Shown piece after piece: positions 45,611-55,354 of a DNA stretch of 64,000 nucleotides. Below the pieces are notes generated by a model. The model searched no databases and had not been told where the DNA came from. It worked only from the letters and a program-made list of their open reading frames with translations. The stretch comes from Christensenellaceae bacterium (GTDB lineage: Bacteria; Bacillota; Clostridia; Christensenellales; UBA1242), in assembly GCA_031260975.1 (NCBI GenBank), contig JAISKJ010000001.1:5463-69462 (forward strand). Direction: 5' to 3'. Numbering within the stretch: the stretch's first letter is position 1; each line of letters begins with the position of its first letter. Made by a program: the position numbers and the translations under genes.

Positions 45611-46861
45611 TCAGATGTCAGCAGTGCTGAATGCAATCGGTACTGCCACCGGAGTGTCCTCATTCGGATATATAAGCGGCCCGCCGTTGGCTTTTTCGCG
45701 CTCCTGCATAAGCTTGTTGTGCTTCAAAACGCTCTTAACTATTGCTTTTGCGGCAAACTCTCTGAATTCATCAGCACTAAGCTCATTATTCTCGCTCAGG
45801 TGTTTTTTGAGCGTCAAAAAGTATTTATACACAAAATTAAGCCGAAGGTTTGTGTTACACCCCACCAATTTTCGCACTTCCGACCAAATATCTGTGCCGG
45901 CAAAATCACTTAAATCTGCCATAAGAAGCCTGACAAACCTATTAAATAAACTGCGCAAAAGTGCCGTGTTGCTTACAAATTTGCCGTTTGATTTATAAAA
46001 CTGATGCATATCTACTTCAACAACCGGAAGCCCCAGCCTCTGAGCAACGGGCTCTAAAACCTTTCTCAGTCTGCTCGTTTGAAGCAGACCAAACCCATAA
46101 TAGAATACCGCAACGGGTCTTGTGGTTTCTCCGTCCAAAACCACGGTGTTATAATTTTGCGTAAATCTCTTTGAGCTGTTGTTTCTGATAATCTGCTTGG
46201 GCGTTTTAAGTCTGGTGGCAAGCCCATTTACAAACAGATATTCTTCGCCCTTGTTTGCTGTTATAAAATCGCCGTCAGAAATTTCTTCAGACTTTTTGAT
46301 GCTGACAACCCCCAGACTGTCGGTTGCCGCAACAAAGTTTTTGTCTATACCATAAACAAACCCATACGGCGGAACATCACTGATGGCACAAGTAATATCG
46401 CGCGGGTCAGTCAGCGTAATATTGCTGTTGCTGACAAGCACAGAGGTTATGAAGTTTGGCCTTAAATTATAGGCTTCGGCAAGCTTAGATATAACCTCAC
46501 CTATAGTTCCTGCAAAAATCGGTTTGATACAAAGCTTAAAATCACCGTTTCTAAATTTTTTAATATCGGTTATATCTTTTTTCCATATGTTTTTTATAAG
46601 CTCGGCGTTTTTGCTTTCAACGCTGATAATATCATTCACAAGCTTTTCAACCCTTTTGGTTTCATCTGCTTTCTTGTCAAAATAGCCTGTCTTTGCAATC
46701 TCATTAATAAGGTTTTTTACATACTCATAGTCACTGAGTACTCCCTCAGCGGCGCTCTTTTCCAGCTTTTCATCCACGGCAATACTCTCAAGCTCACAGC
46801 AAATACCTTGAACGGTGTCCCGTACCTTCCAAAAATTATTAAGCTGTCCTGCCGTAATCAT
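45611..46861 (-). CDS. hypothetical cytoplasmic protein (orphan by eye)
   Basis: 416-aa ORF with its own promoter, leader hairpin and terminator. No motif recognised. Confidence 0.75.
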   Translation of the reverse strand: MITAGQLNNFWKVRDTVQGICCELESIAVDEKLEKSAAEGVLSDYEYVKNLINEIAKTGYFDKKADETKRVEKLVNDIISVESKNAELIKNIWKKDITDIKKFRNGDFKLCIKPIFAGTIGEVISKLAEAYNLRPNFITSVLVSNSNITLTDPRDITCAISDVPPYGFVYGIDKNFVAATDSLGVVSIKKSEEISDGDFITANKGEEYLFVNGLATRLKTPKQIIRNNSSKRFTQNYNTVVLDGETTRPVAVFYYGFGLLQTSRLRKVLEPVAQRLGLPVVEVDMHQFYKSNGKFVSNTALLRSLFNRFVRLLMADLSDFAGTDIWSEVRKLVGCNTNLRLNFVYKYFLTLKKHLSENNELSADEFREFAAKAIVKSVLKHNKLMQEREKANGGPLIYPNEDTPVAVPIAFSTADI

Positions 46862-46883
46862 CGCCCTTTTCCTCTCTCTTTAG

Positions 46884-46941
46884 GGTCACACTTTAAGTAT
46901 AAAATTTTTGAAGTAAATGATTTTATACTTAAAGTGTGACC
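46884..46941. repeat. hairpin element C (module 2 family) in the 5' leader of 45611..46861
   Basis: Perfect 22-bp arms ggtcacactttaagtataaaat (46884-46905) and reverse complement (46920-46941). The 14-nt loop is ttttgaagtaaatg. Confidence 0.75.
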
Positions 46942-46950
46942 TACTCTTTC

Positions 46951-46979
46951 ATACTACCAAAGTTTATTTTAAAAGTCAA
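46951..46979 (-). promoter_or_regulatory. sigma-A promoter placing the transcription start just upstream of hairpin C
   Basis: On the minus strand: TTGACT (46974-79), 17 nt, TAGTAT (46951-56). Confidence 0.5.
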
Positions 46980-47032
46980 AGAGATTTTGCATATTCTTTA
47001 TTTTTTATACATTATTGTGCATAAATATGCCA

Positions 47033-47062
47033 AACAAAAAAAGGGCTACTGCCCTTTTTTCT
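47033..47062 (-). terminator. terminator after the lipoprotein gene
   Basis: AAGGGC-agta-GCCCTT, then a T-run. Confidence 0.7.
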
Positions 47063-47081
47063 TATTTACCAAATCTTTTTA

Positions 47082-47594
47082 TTATACAATGCCGCCTATA
47101 GCACTCATATCTCCATATCCTTCAATAATTATGAAATTGCCGGATAATTGAACAAAAGTACTCATATCTTTTTCCTCAACAGTACCTGAAACAGTAATGT
47201 TGTCTGAACCAAACGAAAAATTTAATTTCTTAATCGTTTGCATCTGTTCATAGTCGGCATCTTCCTCGTCCAAATCCGCCCATTTTGCATAATCAACCAT
47301 TCCCTGAAGCATTCCTCTTACCATAAAGAATGTCATTCCAGCTTCTTCTTTGGTGTCAAAGCACATAACGGTTACCATGTAGTCTTTTTCGTCTACAGTT
47401 TTTGTGCCGGTGATTGTGTTGTCAGACAATGTTGCATTTTCATATCCGTTGTCAATTAAAACCTCCACCATCTCTGTTGCTGTTTCGGGCGGATTTTTCG
47501 CCCAACCTGGAATTGATACACTACTGCAAGCACTAAATGCGAAGGCTGCTACCAACAAGACTGCCATTACACTGAAGATACTAAGTCTTTTCAT
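47082..47594 (-). CDS. lipoprotein, unknown function
   Basis: Lipobox AFSAC. AAAGGAGAA lies before ATG 47594. Confidence 0.75.
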   Translation of the reverse strand: MKRLSIFSVMAVLLVAAFAFSACSSVSIPGWAKNPPETATEMVEVLIDNGYENATLSDNTITGTKTVDEKDYMVTVMCFDTKEEAGMTFFMVRGMLQGMVDYAKWADLDEEDADYEQMQTIKKLNFSFGSDNITVSGTVEEKDMSTFVQLSGNFIIIEGYGDMSAIGGIV

Positions 47595-47645
47595 ATTTGT
47601 TCTCCTTTTTTTGTTATGCATTTTTTATGCATAAATCATGTGTAT

Positions 47646-47675
47646 AGCATATAACATTTTTATACACCATGTCAA
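47646..47675 (-). promoter_or_regulatory. sigma-A promoter of the lipoprotein gene
   Basis: On the minus strand: TTGACA (47670-75), 18 nt, TATGCT (47646-51). Confidence 0.45.
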
Positions 47676-47747
47676 ACAAAAAATGCAATTTTAAAAGATT
47701 TTTTGCATCTTTAAGAGTATTTTACGCAGTTTTTGAATAATTATCCT

Positions 47748-47774
47748 TAAAAACCACCGGATTGTGATCCGGTG
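47748..47774 (-). terminator. terminator after 47791..48564
   Basis: CACCGGAT-caca-ATCCGGTG, then TTTTT. Confidence 0.7.
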
Positions 47775-47790
47775 ATTCTTATATTTTATT

Positions 47791-48564
47791 TTATCTTGAT
47801 CTAAAACTGAAATTATAAACATCCCCGCCGCTGAGCGTAAGAGTAATTGCATTTCCTTCAAACGTAATTACATTGTCACCTTGGTCGGTGAAGTTTGCCG
47901 TCACATATCTATAACCCAAACCAAACAAGTTATAATCAATTTCGCCGGCAAGAGATACAATTTCAGAGCTGCCGGTCTTTAGGGCAAGAATACCGCCCAG
48001 AGTTGAAAAGCTTATGCCTAAAGCATTTGTAGTGTCAACATCGCTTGACTGCAGCTGATAAATACTTGCGCCCGACAAAAGATACTCCTCTTTTATGCAG
48101 TCAGTAGTAGTCAGCAGATAATGGGCAAATCCCTGCGACAAATCAATGCCGCTGTCTATGATCGTTTGCTGGTCACTTTCGGTGATTTTACGATAAACAG
48201 TTTTATATTGCTCAGCAAAACCCTCTGTATCCTCAAAGGTAGCATTTTCAAACACAATCCTGCTTGTTAGCTGCCCTCCGGCAAAATTAAACTGTTCGCG
48301 ATGCCATGTGGCGCCAAGATTACTATACTCTATTTTGGCGCTTTGATATTTTTGAGTGCTATAATCTTCAAGTATACTCTGATAGGCCTCTCTTGCAGCT
48401 TCTCCTTCAAGAGCTATGTCTTTATTAAGACGGTTTAGCGAAAATACCACAAACGGGATAAGTATGGCTAAAATCAATACAACCGCAACCATAGTAAGAA
48501 TTGTGTTTTTGTATGCATCCAACACTATGGGCTTAAGTGGCCGCTCTTCTTTCTGCTTTTTCAT
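47791..48564 (-). CDS. single-pass membrane protein, unknown extracytoplasmic domain
   Basis: 257 aa with TM ILTMVAVVLILAILIPFVVF. Its start overlaps the stop of the upstream gene by 4 nt. Confidence 0.75.
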   Translation of the reverse strand: MKKQKEERPLKPIVLDAYKNTILTMVAVVLILAILIPFVVFSLNRLNKDIALEGEAAREAYQSILEDYSTQKYQSAKIEYSNLGATWHREQFNFAGGQLTSRIVFENATFEDTEGFAEQYKTVYRKITESDQQTIIDSGIDLSQGFAHYLLTTTDCIKEEYLLSGASIYQLQSSDVDTTNALGISFSTLGGILALKTGSSEIVSLAGEIDYNLFGLGYRYVTANFTDQGDNVITFEGNAITLTLSGGDVYNFSFRSR

Positions 48565-51500
48565 TTGCCGCCTCCCTTGTTTGGTTTACCTTTGCTGTTA
48601 ATCTCCTTTTCTATCCTGTCAAGAATATCATCTATGGTGTCTTTTTCAGCTGTCTCTTCTTCTATAACTTCTTTTATGACCTCAGCCGCGCTCTGCTCAG
48701 CCTCTTTTGATTTTGAAACTTTTGCCGCCTTTTCTTTGACCTTTTTGGGTTCAGCCTCACTCTTGGTTTCGGCTTTCTTATCTTCTTTGGGCTCTTTGGG
48801 TTTAGCGGGCTTTTTCTTTTTTGCTTCAGCTTTTTTATTGCTTTCTGTTTCAGCGGGCAATTCCTCCGCTTTTTTACTGTCTTCAACCTGTGTCAAAGTT
48901 GTTTCCGATTGTGTTGATGCTGTTTCCAAAACTGCGGCATTGTTTAAATCTTCTGCTTTGTTTTCCTTCGGTGCTTCCAGACTATCTTCTGCCGCACCAA
49001 TATCCTGAGTTTCAGTGGCAACACTTCCGCCGCCCAAAACAACTGTCTCTTCATTATCCTGAGTTCCAGACTGTGCCGTCACTTGAGCCTGAGCTTCTTC
49101 CTGCGGCCAATATTCAGTTTCCGCATTTTCCATTGGTTGTTGAGGCTGCACAAAATTCTGTGTTTGCGGCTCCCATGTTTGTTGCGGCTGCCACTCCTCA
49201 GTCTGCCGGGGCAGTTCAGCCGGCCCTACATACGCGTTAAAATTATCATCAATATCTGTTTGCGACGTTTCTTGAACTGCTGCATCGCCAACTGCAGCCT
49301 CACGGCTGCGGGCTAAATCCTCACGCGCCTGCGTAAAGCTTTGTTTGGTTTTGTTTTCTTCCAAAATTTTATTCAACGCTTCGGGGCCTGACGCTCCGTG
49401 AGTTCCGTGCAGGTTACCCTCCTTGTCAAACGACAGCCACAGCCGCGGATCCTCTTCACCGCCGTCCGTTGGCTCAAAACATTTATACAGTCTTATATAT
49501 ATAGTAAGCTTATAGGCAGCAAGTGCACCGACAACAGTCAATATTATAAGCACACCATACTCATGGGCAAACCATGTGTTTTGATAGTCACCGAATATAA
49601 GACCCAGCAATGTTGCAAACGCCGCTATATATAAACCGGCTCCTATGCCCAGATTTGTTATGCCGTGCCGTCTTATCGGCCTAAGTTCCTTGGCAGTATG
49701 CGGCTTTTCATCAAAACTCCCGCGGGCCAGCTTCTTATATAATAAGATATTAGAAATCTGCAGGCCCAAAATGCCGAGTATTACAATGCCCATCAACACT
49801 ATCAAAACATAATGCCCCAAAAGCATAGCCACGAAACCTGCAAACAGTTCGGCCAACCACCAAAGCTGAGCACTTGCAACACCTATCTGCTGCAAAACAT
49901 TATGACCGCTAATAGTCTGAATAATTCCGATAGCAACAAACAGTGCAAGAACTACCCAAAGTACTATGGTTATAATCGAGGTGATAAGCAAGGCATTTTT
50001 GGAGTAGTTGTTTTCCATCTGATAGCTGTTATGCCTTATGATTGCTCTCTTTTTTGAACCTACTTTGGCGCGCCTCGTCAATACCGCAATTAAAATACAT
50101 GAGAGTGCAAAGAAGAATTCTACAACACCAAGCACAATCATACCAAGCTCAAAGTCACCAAGGCTTAGGACCAACAAAGCCACAACCAGAGCTAATGAAA
50201 ATACTGCATATATAATGCTGTTTCGTCTTATATTCATAGCAAAACGTTTATCTACAATGTTTTGTGCCGCAAGCACCTTATATTGCATCACCGAAATATC
50301 TATCAAAAATGCTACAACCATAACAGCCAGCACAACTACCAGAATTGCTCTTATTATATCAATCTCAAACAAGGCAAATCCCATAAAGGTCTGCCCACCT
50401 GATCTAACCAGCGGCAAAAAGAGTGACAGAAGCAGCACAACCGAAAGACATGTTGCAATAGCAATAGGATTGTCATTTGTTGTATATATATTCTTTATAT
50501 ACTGCGGCTTGCCATTCGACCCTGCTGCTACAGCAGTTGCAGCTGCGGCTGCCTGAGCATCATGGCTCTGGCCCTCAAAACTGTTGAGGTCATAGCTTGC
50601 AACTTCCTTATTGGGTTGCGTGAGCACTTCAGTCTGAAGCGGCTCTGCCTCGGGCTGAGTTACTTCCGGCTGATATACACCTGCTTCTTCTGTTGATTTA
50701 TCAACAAACGCAACAGGTTCCTCATTAAACAAGCTGTGCTGCCCCACAATGGGAGTATTAAGCTCTTCTTCACTTTGCACCACACGGTTATCCTGATATA
50801 TAACCGTCCAACCTTCGGCGTTTGCAGGCTGACCCTCTGCTTGACCTATAGACTGCATTTCGGTCTGAACAGGCTGAGACATAAACTGCTCAGTCGTTTG
50901 AACCTGCGGACCTACAAAATTAAGCTGCTCCTGTATCGGCGCCGAAATTTTGTCAAAGTCGCTTTCCTTGTTTTCGGCAAGCATAGCGTCACCCCTTATA
51001 GTGCCGCTACTTGGCGTCATTGTGTCAAAATATTCACTAAGACTAGTACCGCCCCCAGCAGTAAGGTCTGTTCTGCCTCCGGTGTCAACATCAAAAGAGC
51101 CCGTTTGGTTTTTATCTTCATACGGAAGTGCGCTCTTAGACGGTGCTGTGTCCGAATTATAATCTATCTGCTTGCGCTCAGGCTTAAATAGATCAGGGTC
51201 TATGTTCATATCAGGCATATCATATGCCGTCATGTCATATTCATTGATACCTATGCGGCTTATGTCCTCGCTGGATATCACATCATCCTGATAATCCTCT
51301 TTGACGGGCGCATATTCCCGCTTGGCAGAAGTGCGATTTTCCAAGCTGCGGACAGCCTTTTGAGGCACAACAGTATTTTCCTCATCCTCCAAAACTGCCC
51401 GTCTGATTTTTTCATTTGTTACCACCTGCTCCCAAAGCGGCGATTGTGAATCGCGGACTTTTGACACTCTGGCTCGGCTCTTGGGCTTTTTGCTCACGCG

Positions 51501-52136
51501 CTTTTGGGGTTTAGGTTCAGTTTTTGTCTTCTTAGAGCTCCTGCGTCCGATAGGCACATACATTTCTCTCTCGATTGCCACATATTCACCATCATCTTTG
51601 GCATGAACCCGCACACGCGGAGGCTTTTGCTCTTCTTCTTCATCTGCATCCAAATATCTGCTGGCAGGCTTTCTGCTGCGCCTAATTATGTCTCTTGGAA
51701 CATACTCCTCCTCAGGTTCTTCATCAAGCTCTTCTTCATAAGGCTCTTCATATTCCTCTTCTTCAGTTTCTGGTTCTTCTTCGTCATATCCCTCTTCAGG
51801 CTCATATTCTTCTTCAAGTTCTTCGTCACTAAAAACTTCCTCATCAGAATATCCTTCATCGGGCCTTCCTTGATATTCACTACTGTCAGGGTCAAAAAAA
51901 GTGGCCTCGGGGTGCACAAAAACATAGTCTTCTATAAAAGTCTTAGAAAACACTTCTTTAATATCCAATTCATAAAAATCTGTAAGTTTCTTCAGCTGCT
52001 CTGCCTGAGGAAGCGTATCGCCTCGCGCCCATTCCAGATAGTCATCAAGAGACACTCCCGCAGCGTCCACCAAAGCCCCAATACTTAGCCCGGCAACTTC
52101 TCTTAGAAACTCTAAGTTTTTGGCAAGAATATTCAC
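48561..52136 (-). CDS. 1191-aa protein: N-terminal XRE-like HTH, acidic low-complexity region, polytopic membrane domain, and a Gln/Glu/Lys-rich tail
   Basis: HTH-like NLEFLREVAGLSIGALVDAAGVSLDDYLEWARGDTLPQ. About 10 hydrophobic helices lie between residues ~560 and ~900. GTG start. Confidence 0.8.
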   Translation of the reverse strand: MNILAKNLEFLREVAGLSIGALVDAAGVSLDDYLEWARGDTLPQAEQLKKLTDFYELDIKEVFSKTFIEDYVFVHPEATFFDPDSSEYQGRPDEGYSDEEVFSDEELEEEYEPEEGYDEEEPETEEEEYEEPYEEELDEEPEEEYVPRDIIRRSRKPASRYLDADEEEEQKPPRVRVHAKDDGEYVAIEREMYVPIGRRSSKKTKTEPKPQKRVSKKPKSRARVSKVRDSQSPLWEQVVTNEKIRRAVLEDEENTVVPQKAVRSLENRTSAKREYAPVKEDYQDDVISSEDISRIGINEYDMTAYDMPDMNIDPDLFKPERKQIDYNSDTAPSKSALPYEDKNQTGSFDVDTGGRTDLTAGGGTSLSEYFDTMTPSSGTIRGDAMLAENKESDFDKISAPIQEQLNFVGPQVQTTEQFMSQPVQTEMQSIGQAEGQPANAEGWTVIYQDNRVVQSEEELNTPIVGQHSLFNEEPVAFVDKSTEEAGVYQPEVTQPEAEPLQTEVLTQPNKEVASYDLNSFEGQSHDAQAAAAATAVAAGSNGKPQYIKNIYTTNDNPIAIATCLSVVLLLSLFLPLVRSGGQTFMGFALFEIDIIRAILVVVLAVMVVAFLIDISVMQYKVLAAQNIVDKRFAMNIRRNSIIYAVFSLALVVALLVLSLGDFELGMIVLGVVEFFFALSCILIAVLTRRAKVGSKKRAIIRHNSYQMENNYSKNALLITSIITIVLWVVLALFVAIGIIQTISGHNVLQQIGVASAQLWWLAELFAGFVAMLLGHYVLIVLMGIVILGILGLQISNILLYKKLARGSFDEKPHTAKELRPIRRHGITNLGIGAGLYIAAFATLLGLIFGDYQNTWFAHEYGVLIILTVVGALAAYKLTIYIRLYKCFEPTDGGEEDPRLWLSFDKEGNLHGTHGASGPEALNKILEENKTKQSFTQAREDLARSREAAVGDAAVQETSQTDIDDNFNAYVGPAELPRQTEEWQPQQTWEPQTQNFVQPQQPMENAETEYWPQEEAQAQVTAQSGTQDNEETVVLGGGSVATETQDIGAAEDSLEAPKENKAEDLNNAAVLETASTQSETTLTQVEDSKKAEELPAETESNKKAEAKKKKPAKPKEPKEDKKAETKSEAEPKKVKEKAAKVSKSKEAEQSAAEVIKEVIEEETAEKDTIDDILDRIEKEINSKGKPNKGGGK

Positions 52137-52429
52137 TTTTGAAACCTGCTTTGTTTAGTTTGACTTAGTATACCAAACCCCACCGTTTATGGCAAGTAAA
52201 CTCACAAGGTTTTGAGCAAAACAATCCGCCATTATTTTGAGACTTATTACACTGCCATAAAACTATTATGAGCGTTTGCGGCAAAAATACCCTGCCGACT
52301 ACGAAGTCGGTCACATAAAACCACATATTCGTCAATCAAAAATAGTCAAAATCTCCTCATTCTAGTAGAGTTTCATCCAAAAAACAAAAGCCCGTCTGAC
52401 TGTTCGAAGTTTTGTCGGACTTAAGCTCT

Positions 52430-52987
52430 TTATTTCTTTGATTTAATCTTTGCAATTATTTCTTCAACACGCTCTATCAACTGCTCCTGCGTTCCGTTGT
52501 TCAAAACAAAATAATCAGCAACAGCTATGGGCTCAGCCTTGTCAAGGTTTTCTATTTCACTCTGATCCCGCGCTGCAGCCTGCTCCAAGGTAAGAGGGCG
52601 GACCGGACGTGCGGTGAGCCTGTTATATCTAATTCTCTTGTCTGTCACCACCGCCACTGCTTCAAAATCAGCGCCGAATTTTTGTTTTATAAACTCATAT
52701 TCGGCCCATGAATACATACTCTCAAGAGTAACATCACCGCTCTTATATGCCTTTTCAATTTTATCAAGGCTCAACTTTGCATAAATTGCCTTATCGCCGC
52801 CAGCCCGAAGGCTTTCGCGGATTTTCTTTTCGTTTTCCGGCGTTAGCTCAAGTTTTTGTCTTTTCATCTCGTCAAAGGTAGCCTCACCAAAATAGACATT
52901 TAAAAACCCATGTTTGTTAAACACTTTGGCAACCTCGCTTTTGCCACTGCCGCACATTCCCACAATTGCAATAATTTTGTTTCCCAT
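52430..52987 (-). CDS. P-loop nucleotide/nucleoside kinase-like protein
   Basis: IIAIVGMCGSGKSEV Walker A at the N-terminus; 185 aa. Confidence 0.6.
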   Translation of the reverse strand: MGNKIIAIVGMCGSGKSEVAKVFNKHGFLNVYFGEATFDEMKRQKLELTPENEKKIRESLRAGGDKAIYAKLSLDKIEKAYKSGDVTLESMYSWAEYEFIKQKFGADFEAVAVVTDKRIRYNRLTARPVRPLTLEQAAARDQSEIENLDKAEPIAVADYFVLNNGTQEQLIERVEEIIAKIKSKK

Positions 52988-53017
52988 ATTTACTCCTTTG
53001 AAATAGTAGACATATCA

Positions 53018-54481
53018 CTAAATCTTTTCAACAGTTATGGTATAAGTCTTAAGCAAGCTGCTCCCGTCAAATACTTCAAGCGTAAATATATAAGTCGTTG
53101 CAATCTGGTCAAGCTGCCAAAAACTTCCTGTAAATATTTCAGGCGTTTCATCAAAGTTGCCCGCATCCGCCGTGAACGCATAAAGATAATTATTATACCC
53201 TTCAAAATAATCAGTAAGGTCAATAGCGTCATACTCGGCATCTATAAACATATCATCACCAACAAGAACTGCTCCATACGAAATGCTCTTTAAAAATTCA
53301 TTCAGCACAACAGTATAGTTAACATATATCTCAATACTACCAAGACTGTTGCCATATTCTATTGTCAGTTGCCGGTCTCCTGTTGCGGCGCTGTTAAAGC
53401 CTGTTATCATAGCGGATGTAATATCTATTATCTTATGTGTTCCGCCCTGATAATTCACTCTAAATCTTCCGCCGATTACGTCTAAAACTTCACCTAAGAA
53501 GTATTGTGTTTTAAACGCAGTATCAACACTTATTGAAGTTATCTGAATTTCCATTACTCTATAAAACAGTTCTATGCTAAGTCCGCCGAAGTGAACAAAG
53601 CAGCTGAAATCGTCACCCAAAACGCTTGTGTCAAAACCGGTTATGCTAATACGTGCGTCACTCAGCGGGACTATTTCAATATCCTCAGGCCCTGTGTTAT
53701 ATAAAACTCTCAAAGAGCCGCGGCTAAGGTCCAGCGAACCGTCAAGTGCGTATATATTAAATGGATACTTCCCGCTTTGGTCTTGGGTCAAATTTATCTC
53801 AACAGCCAAAACCGCAAGTATTTGATAAGGTATATTTAAACTACTACCGCCATATTCCAATCTGAAATTAAAATTTCCAGCTGTCAATGTGCTCATAGGC
53901 ACAGTAATAATGTCACTCGTAAACTTAACCTCAAGCTCGGTGCCCCCCTCCAACACAACTGTCAGCACAGCCCATTCGGGCACAACGGCATTTTTGTTTT
54001 GATAGAACGTCAGAGAAGGAATATTAGTTGACAGTGAAAGCACAGTTTTGTCATATTCATCAATCTCCACTACACTATAGTCAAACTCATAACCCTTCTG
54101 CTCATACGTTACTACAAAAATTTTCTGTCCGGTTGTTGCAGTGTCCACTCCGTTTACCCCAACAATCGGCTCTAAAATCTCTTCACCATCAACTGTAACG
54201 GTGACAGTAACTTCCTCTACCATCTCATTTAATAAATACATAGTCTTAAGGCCGCTTACACTCACACTTATTACAGGGTTTGGATCGGGGTCGGGGTCCG
54301 GGTCAGGTTCACCTCCGGTGAGAACAATCGGCAGCACAACAGCAGGTATAATCAAAAGCAAAAACAGAAGATAGAGCAGCTTGAACTTAGACTTATATTT
54401 AGGTTTATATTCTTTTTGCATTATTTCCTGTTCGATTTTGTCAGCAGAAATTTCCTCGTCATCAAACTCTTGTGTTTTCAA
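53018..54481 (-). CDS. membrane-anchored protein with a (Pro-Asp)n linker and repeated Ig-like modules
   Basis: TM LLYLLFLLLIIPAVVLPIVL, then PDPDPDPDPNP. There are four recurring ..Y.GS.L.I.Y.V.. strand patterns. TTG start after GAGGAGG. Confidence 0.75.
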   Translation of the reverse strand: MKTQEFDDEEISADKIEQEIMQKEYKPKYKSKFKLLYLLFLLLIIPAVVLPIVLTGGEPDPDPDPDPNPVISVSVSGLKTMYLLNEMVEEVTVTVTVDGEEILEPIVGVNGVDTATTGQKIFVVTYEQKGYEFDYSVVEIDEYDKTVLSLSTNIPSLTFYQNKNAVVPEWAVLTVVLEGGTELEVKFTSDIITVPMSTLTAGNFNFRLEYGGSSLNIPYQILAVLAVEINLTQDQSGKYPFNIYALDGSLDLSRGSLRVLYNTGPEDIEIVPLSDARISITGFDTSVLGDDFSCFVHFGGLSIELFYRVMEIQITSISVDTAFKTQYFLGEVLDVIGGRFRVNYQGGTHKIIDITSAMITGFNSAATGDRQLTIEYGNSLGSIEIYVNYTVVLNEFLKSISYGAVLVGDDMFIDAEYDAIDLTDYFEGYNNYLYAFTADAGNFDETPEIFTGSFWQLDQIATTYIFTLEVFDGSSLLKTYTITVEKI

Positions 54482-54521
54482 ATTATACCTCCTCTTTAGA
54501 AGTTCTTTACTTTAGTTTTTA

Positions 54522-55112
54522 TTAATATGCCAGCTGCTCAGTAACGGTAAACACAAGGTCCTCCAAAAAGTCCTTGCCCTCGTCACTGTTCAAGTCAAAG
54601 TCTTCTTCCTGCAAAACACTGCTGATTTCACCCGCAATGCCAAAGAAAATAAATCTTATTTTATACTCATCAAATTCGGCAACCTTTTCTTCTTCCTGCC
54701 CCACTTCACAAATGTTTTCAAGCAGCGATATCATCATCTTCTGGCTTTTTTGCAAAAGCTTGCTCAGAGTATTTGCATCGGCCTCACCAAGATACTTTAA
54801 ATAGCTTTCAAATGTCCAAGGGAAAACCATCCAGAAATTTGCGCTCATACAAACGCAAAGCGACTTTAAATATACCCTCAAACTCTGGTCAAAGGTAGTT
54901 ACCTTAAAGCCTTGCGAAAAAAACTTTATCATACGGTTGACATAATATAAAAAGCTGTTGTAAATCATTTCGTCTTTGCTGTTAAAATAATCATAAAGTG
55001 TGCTCTTTCCCACTCCGCATCTTCGGGCCACTTCGCTAAGCGTAACAGCCTGATAATCAGCTCCGTCGTTCAGCATCGCAAGCACTTCTTTGTATACAAA
55101 TTCTCTTTTCAT
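54522..55112 (-). CDS. TetR/AcrR family transcriptional regulator
   Basis: VTLSEVARRCGVGKSTLYDYFNSKDEMI. Confidence 0.85.
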   Translation of the reverse strand: MKREFVYKEVLAMLNDGADYQAVTLSEVARRCGVGKSTLYDYFNSKDEMIYNSFLYYVNRMIKFFSQGFKVTTFDQSLRVYLKSLCVCMSANFWMVFPWTFESYLKYLGEADANTLSKLLQKSQKMMISLLENICEVGQEEEKVAEFDEYKIRFIFFGIAGEISSVLQEEDFDLNSDEGKDFLEDLVFTVTEQLAY

Positions 55113-55354
55113 TTAAACCCCTCTTTTTGCTCATAATTATATTTATTATTCTACATTATAGCCTATAATCTATGCGCTTGTAAAGGAAATTGAATAAAAA
55201 GAGCTCCTCCAAACGTCAAATCCGACCGTTCGGACGCCAAAAAATAAAGAATTATGACAGCTGCTTATAAATTTCTTATAATACACTTAAATTAGGTAGA
55301 TTTTTTTTGAAAAAAATATTAGAATATTGATATTGAAAGGAAGTAAAAAATAGT

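Noticed and set aside
52137-52429. Possible further copies of the repeat modules (ctattatgagcgtttgcggcaaaaatac; gtcaaaatctcctcattctagtagag).
   Set aside because: Similarity to modules 1 and 2 is patchy, and no convincing long stem could be drawn by eye. This needs a computed alignment before it can be claimed.
54270-54310. GGGTC-type hexanucleotide repeats.
   Set aside because: They simply encode the (Pro-Asp)n linker of the Ig-like membrane protein. There is no independent non-coding function, and only a modest chance of length polymorphism.
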